The notes beneath the pieces were generated by a model. That model was not told the DNA's origin, did no database searches, and saw nothing but the letters and a program-made list of their open reading frames with translations. A program made the translations under genes and the position numbers. A stretch of DNA of 26,067 bases from Helicobacteraceae bacterium (lineage in GTDB: Bacteria; Campylobacterota; Campylobacteria; Campylobacterales; SZUA-545): positions 1-26,067 of the forward strand of contig QKHD01000365.1 of assembly GCA_003250175.1 (NCBI GenBank), in the 5' to 3' direction. Positions 25,108 to 26,067 of the stretch are shown piece by piece; positions within the stretch are counted from its first letter, which is position 1; each line of letters opens with the position of its first letter.

Positions 25108-26067
25108 ATGCCGATTAAACGAGTACAAGAAGCGATCGAAGAGATCAAAAAAGGGAACATGGTCATCATGGTCGATGACGAAGACCGCGAAAACGAAGGG
25201 GATCTGGTCTATGCCGCAACCTTCACCACGCCGGAGAAGGTCAACTTCATGGCCACGGAGGCCAAGGGTCTGATCTGTGTCGCCCTGGAAAAAGAGGCGG
25301 CCAAACGGCTGGAACTCAACCCCATGGTGCCGCGTAACACCTCTTCATATGAGACCGCCTTTACCGTCTCCGTCGACGCGGCTACGGCGAGCACCGGGAT
25401 TTCCGCCTTTGAACGGGACATGACGATCCGCCTGCTGGCCGACCCCCAGAGCCGTCCGGAGGAGCTGGCGCGACCGGGGCATATTTTCCCCCTCATTGCC
25501 AAGGACGGAGGCGTTCTCAACCGGATCGGCCATACGGAAGGTTCCGTTGATCTGTGCAAGCTGGCCGGTCTGGCCGGCGTGGGCGTGATCTGCGAGATCA
25601 TGAAAGAAGACGGCACCATGGCGCGCCGGGATGATCTGGAAGTATTTGCCAAAAAACACAACATGAAGATTGTCCAGATCTCCGACCTGATCGAATACCG
25701 CATGCAGCGCGAATCGCTGATTAAAGAGACATCCAGAGAGACCATCAGCTTTTTCGGCAAGGATGTGGAGAAGGTGGTATACACCGACCATCTGGGCCGC
25801 CACCACACGCTGATGCTCTTTGGCACTCCCCAGGCCAAGGCCAATGTGAAGTTTCACAACGTCAGCAAGGACGTAGATTTCCTGCAAAACGATGAGCAGT
25901 TCAACGGGCTGCTGGGGGCGGTGGATTATCTGAAGGAAAAGGGCGGCGTGCCCCTGCGCGCTAACGTGACCGGCGGTATGGGACGTTGTGCGATGACGGG
26001 CCGCCTCGCGGTCCTGTTGGTGGCTGTCGCGTCCCTGTGGGCGTTCAGCCCCGGCGTGCGCGCGCAG
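25108..26067 (+). CDS. ribB: 3,4-dihydroxy-2-butanone-4-phosphate synthase with GTP cyclohydrolase II-like C-domain; native sequence appears to end near 25950
   Basis: Manual translation: MPIKRVQEAIEEIKKGNMVIMVDDEDRENEGDL...TAFTVSVDA..STGISA.ER...RPGHIFPL...GHTEGSVDL...CEIMKEDGTMARR. No stop in the window; not in the ORF track. Confidence 0.92.
   Translation, partial: MPIKRVQEAIEEIKKGNMVIMVDDEDRENEGDLVYAATFTTPEKVNFMATEAKGLICVALEKEAAKRLELNPMVPRNTSSYETAFTVSVDAATASTGISAFERDMTIRLLADPQSRPEELARPGHIFPLIAKDGGVLNRIGHTEGSVDLCKLAGLAGVGVICEIMKEDGTMARRDDLEVFAKKHNMKIVQISDLIEYRMQRESLIKETSRETISFFGKDVEKVVYTDHLGRHHTLMLFGTPQAKANVKFHNVSKDVDFLQNDEQFNGLLGAVDYLKEKGGVPLRANVTGGMGRCAMTGRLAVLLVAVASLWAFSPGVRAQ
25951..26067 (+). 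other. Foreign-looking high-GC segment encoding a Sec signal peptide (probable chimeric junction)
   Basis: 85/117 GC (73%) versus 83/150 (55%) in 25801-25950. In-frame ATG 25993 gives MTGRLAVLLVAVASLWAFSPGVRAQ. Confidence 0.65.

Larger units (their letters stand above)
260..25460. repeat. Dispersed, highly iterated palindrome TCCGGA (about 70 copies)
   Basis: Line-by-line hand count of about 70, e.g. 260, 1031, 4476/4486, 5830/5839, 6566/6575, 16801, 18296/18306, 19413, 25455. About 8 expected at ~57% GC. Confidence 0.85.

Noticed and set aside
1-26067. CRISPR arrays, tRNA/rRNA, transposases, integrases, riboswitches
   Set aside because: No spaced direct repeats, RNA gene signatures or mobile-element motifs seen. 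Intergenic gaps are mostly too short, and ribB follows mscS by 8 nt, leaving no room for an FMN riboswitch.

Overview
A gene-dense chromosomal window, roughly 55-60% GC by eye, from a Campylobacterota (Epsilonproteobacteria)-type genome. The assignment rests on two Campylobacter-like syntenic blocks: cvpA-fur-lysS-glyA-DUF1882-SPOR-(trpE)-aroE and mqnC-M16 peptidase-(lipoprotein)-recG. The left half holds a MagIII-type glycosylase and ymdB, a Fur-boxed three-gene PepSY membrane operon, an hpf-led operon of small enzymes (DUF523/TudS, SDR, His-phosphatase, PNPOx-like, PhzF-like), and a TetR gene followed by a stand-alone fabF preceded by two TAGACC-N4-GGTCTA operators. I see no rRNA, tRNA, CRISPR array, transposase or integrase. 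Main unexplained signals: (1) the palindrome TCCGGA occurs about 70 times by hand count versus about 8 expected, in all three reading frames, like a cyanobacterial HIP1; (2) the TetR/operator/fabF module, whose FabF has an altered C-terminal motif; (3) the last 117 nt switch abruptly from ribBA to a ~73% GC signal-peptide-like sequence, probably a chimeric junction; (4) an orphan multidomain lipoprotein inside mqnC-M16-recG; (5) SD-sequestering hairpins. Two real genes (1-639 minus, 25108-end plus) are missing from the ORF track because they run off the window. All family calls are from motif recognition, not database searches.
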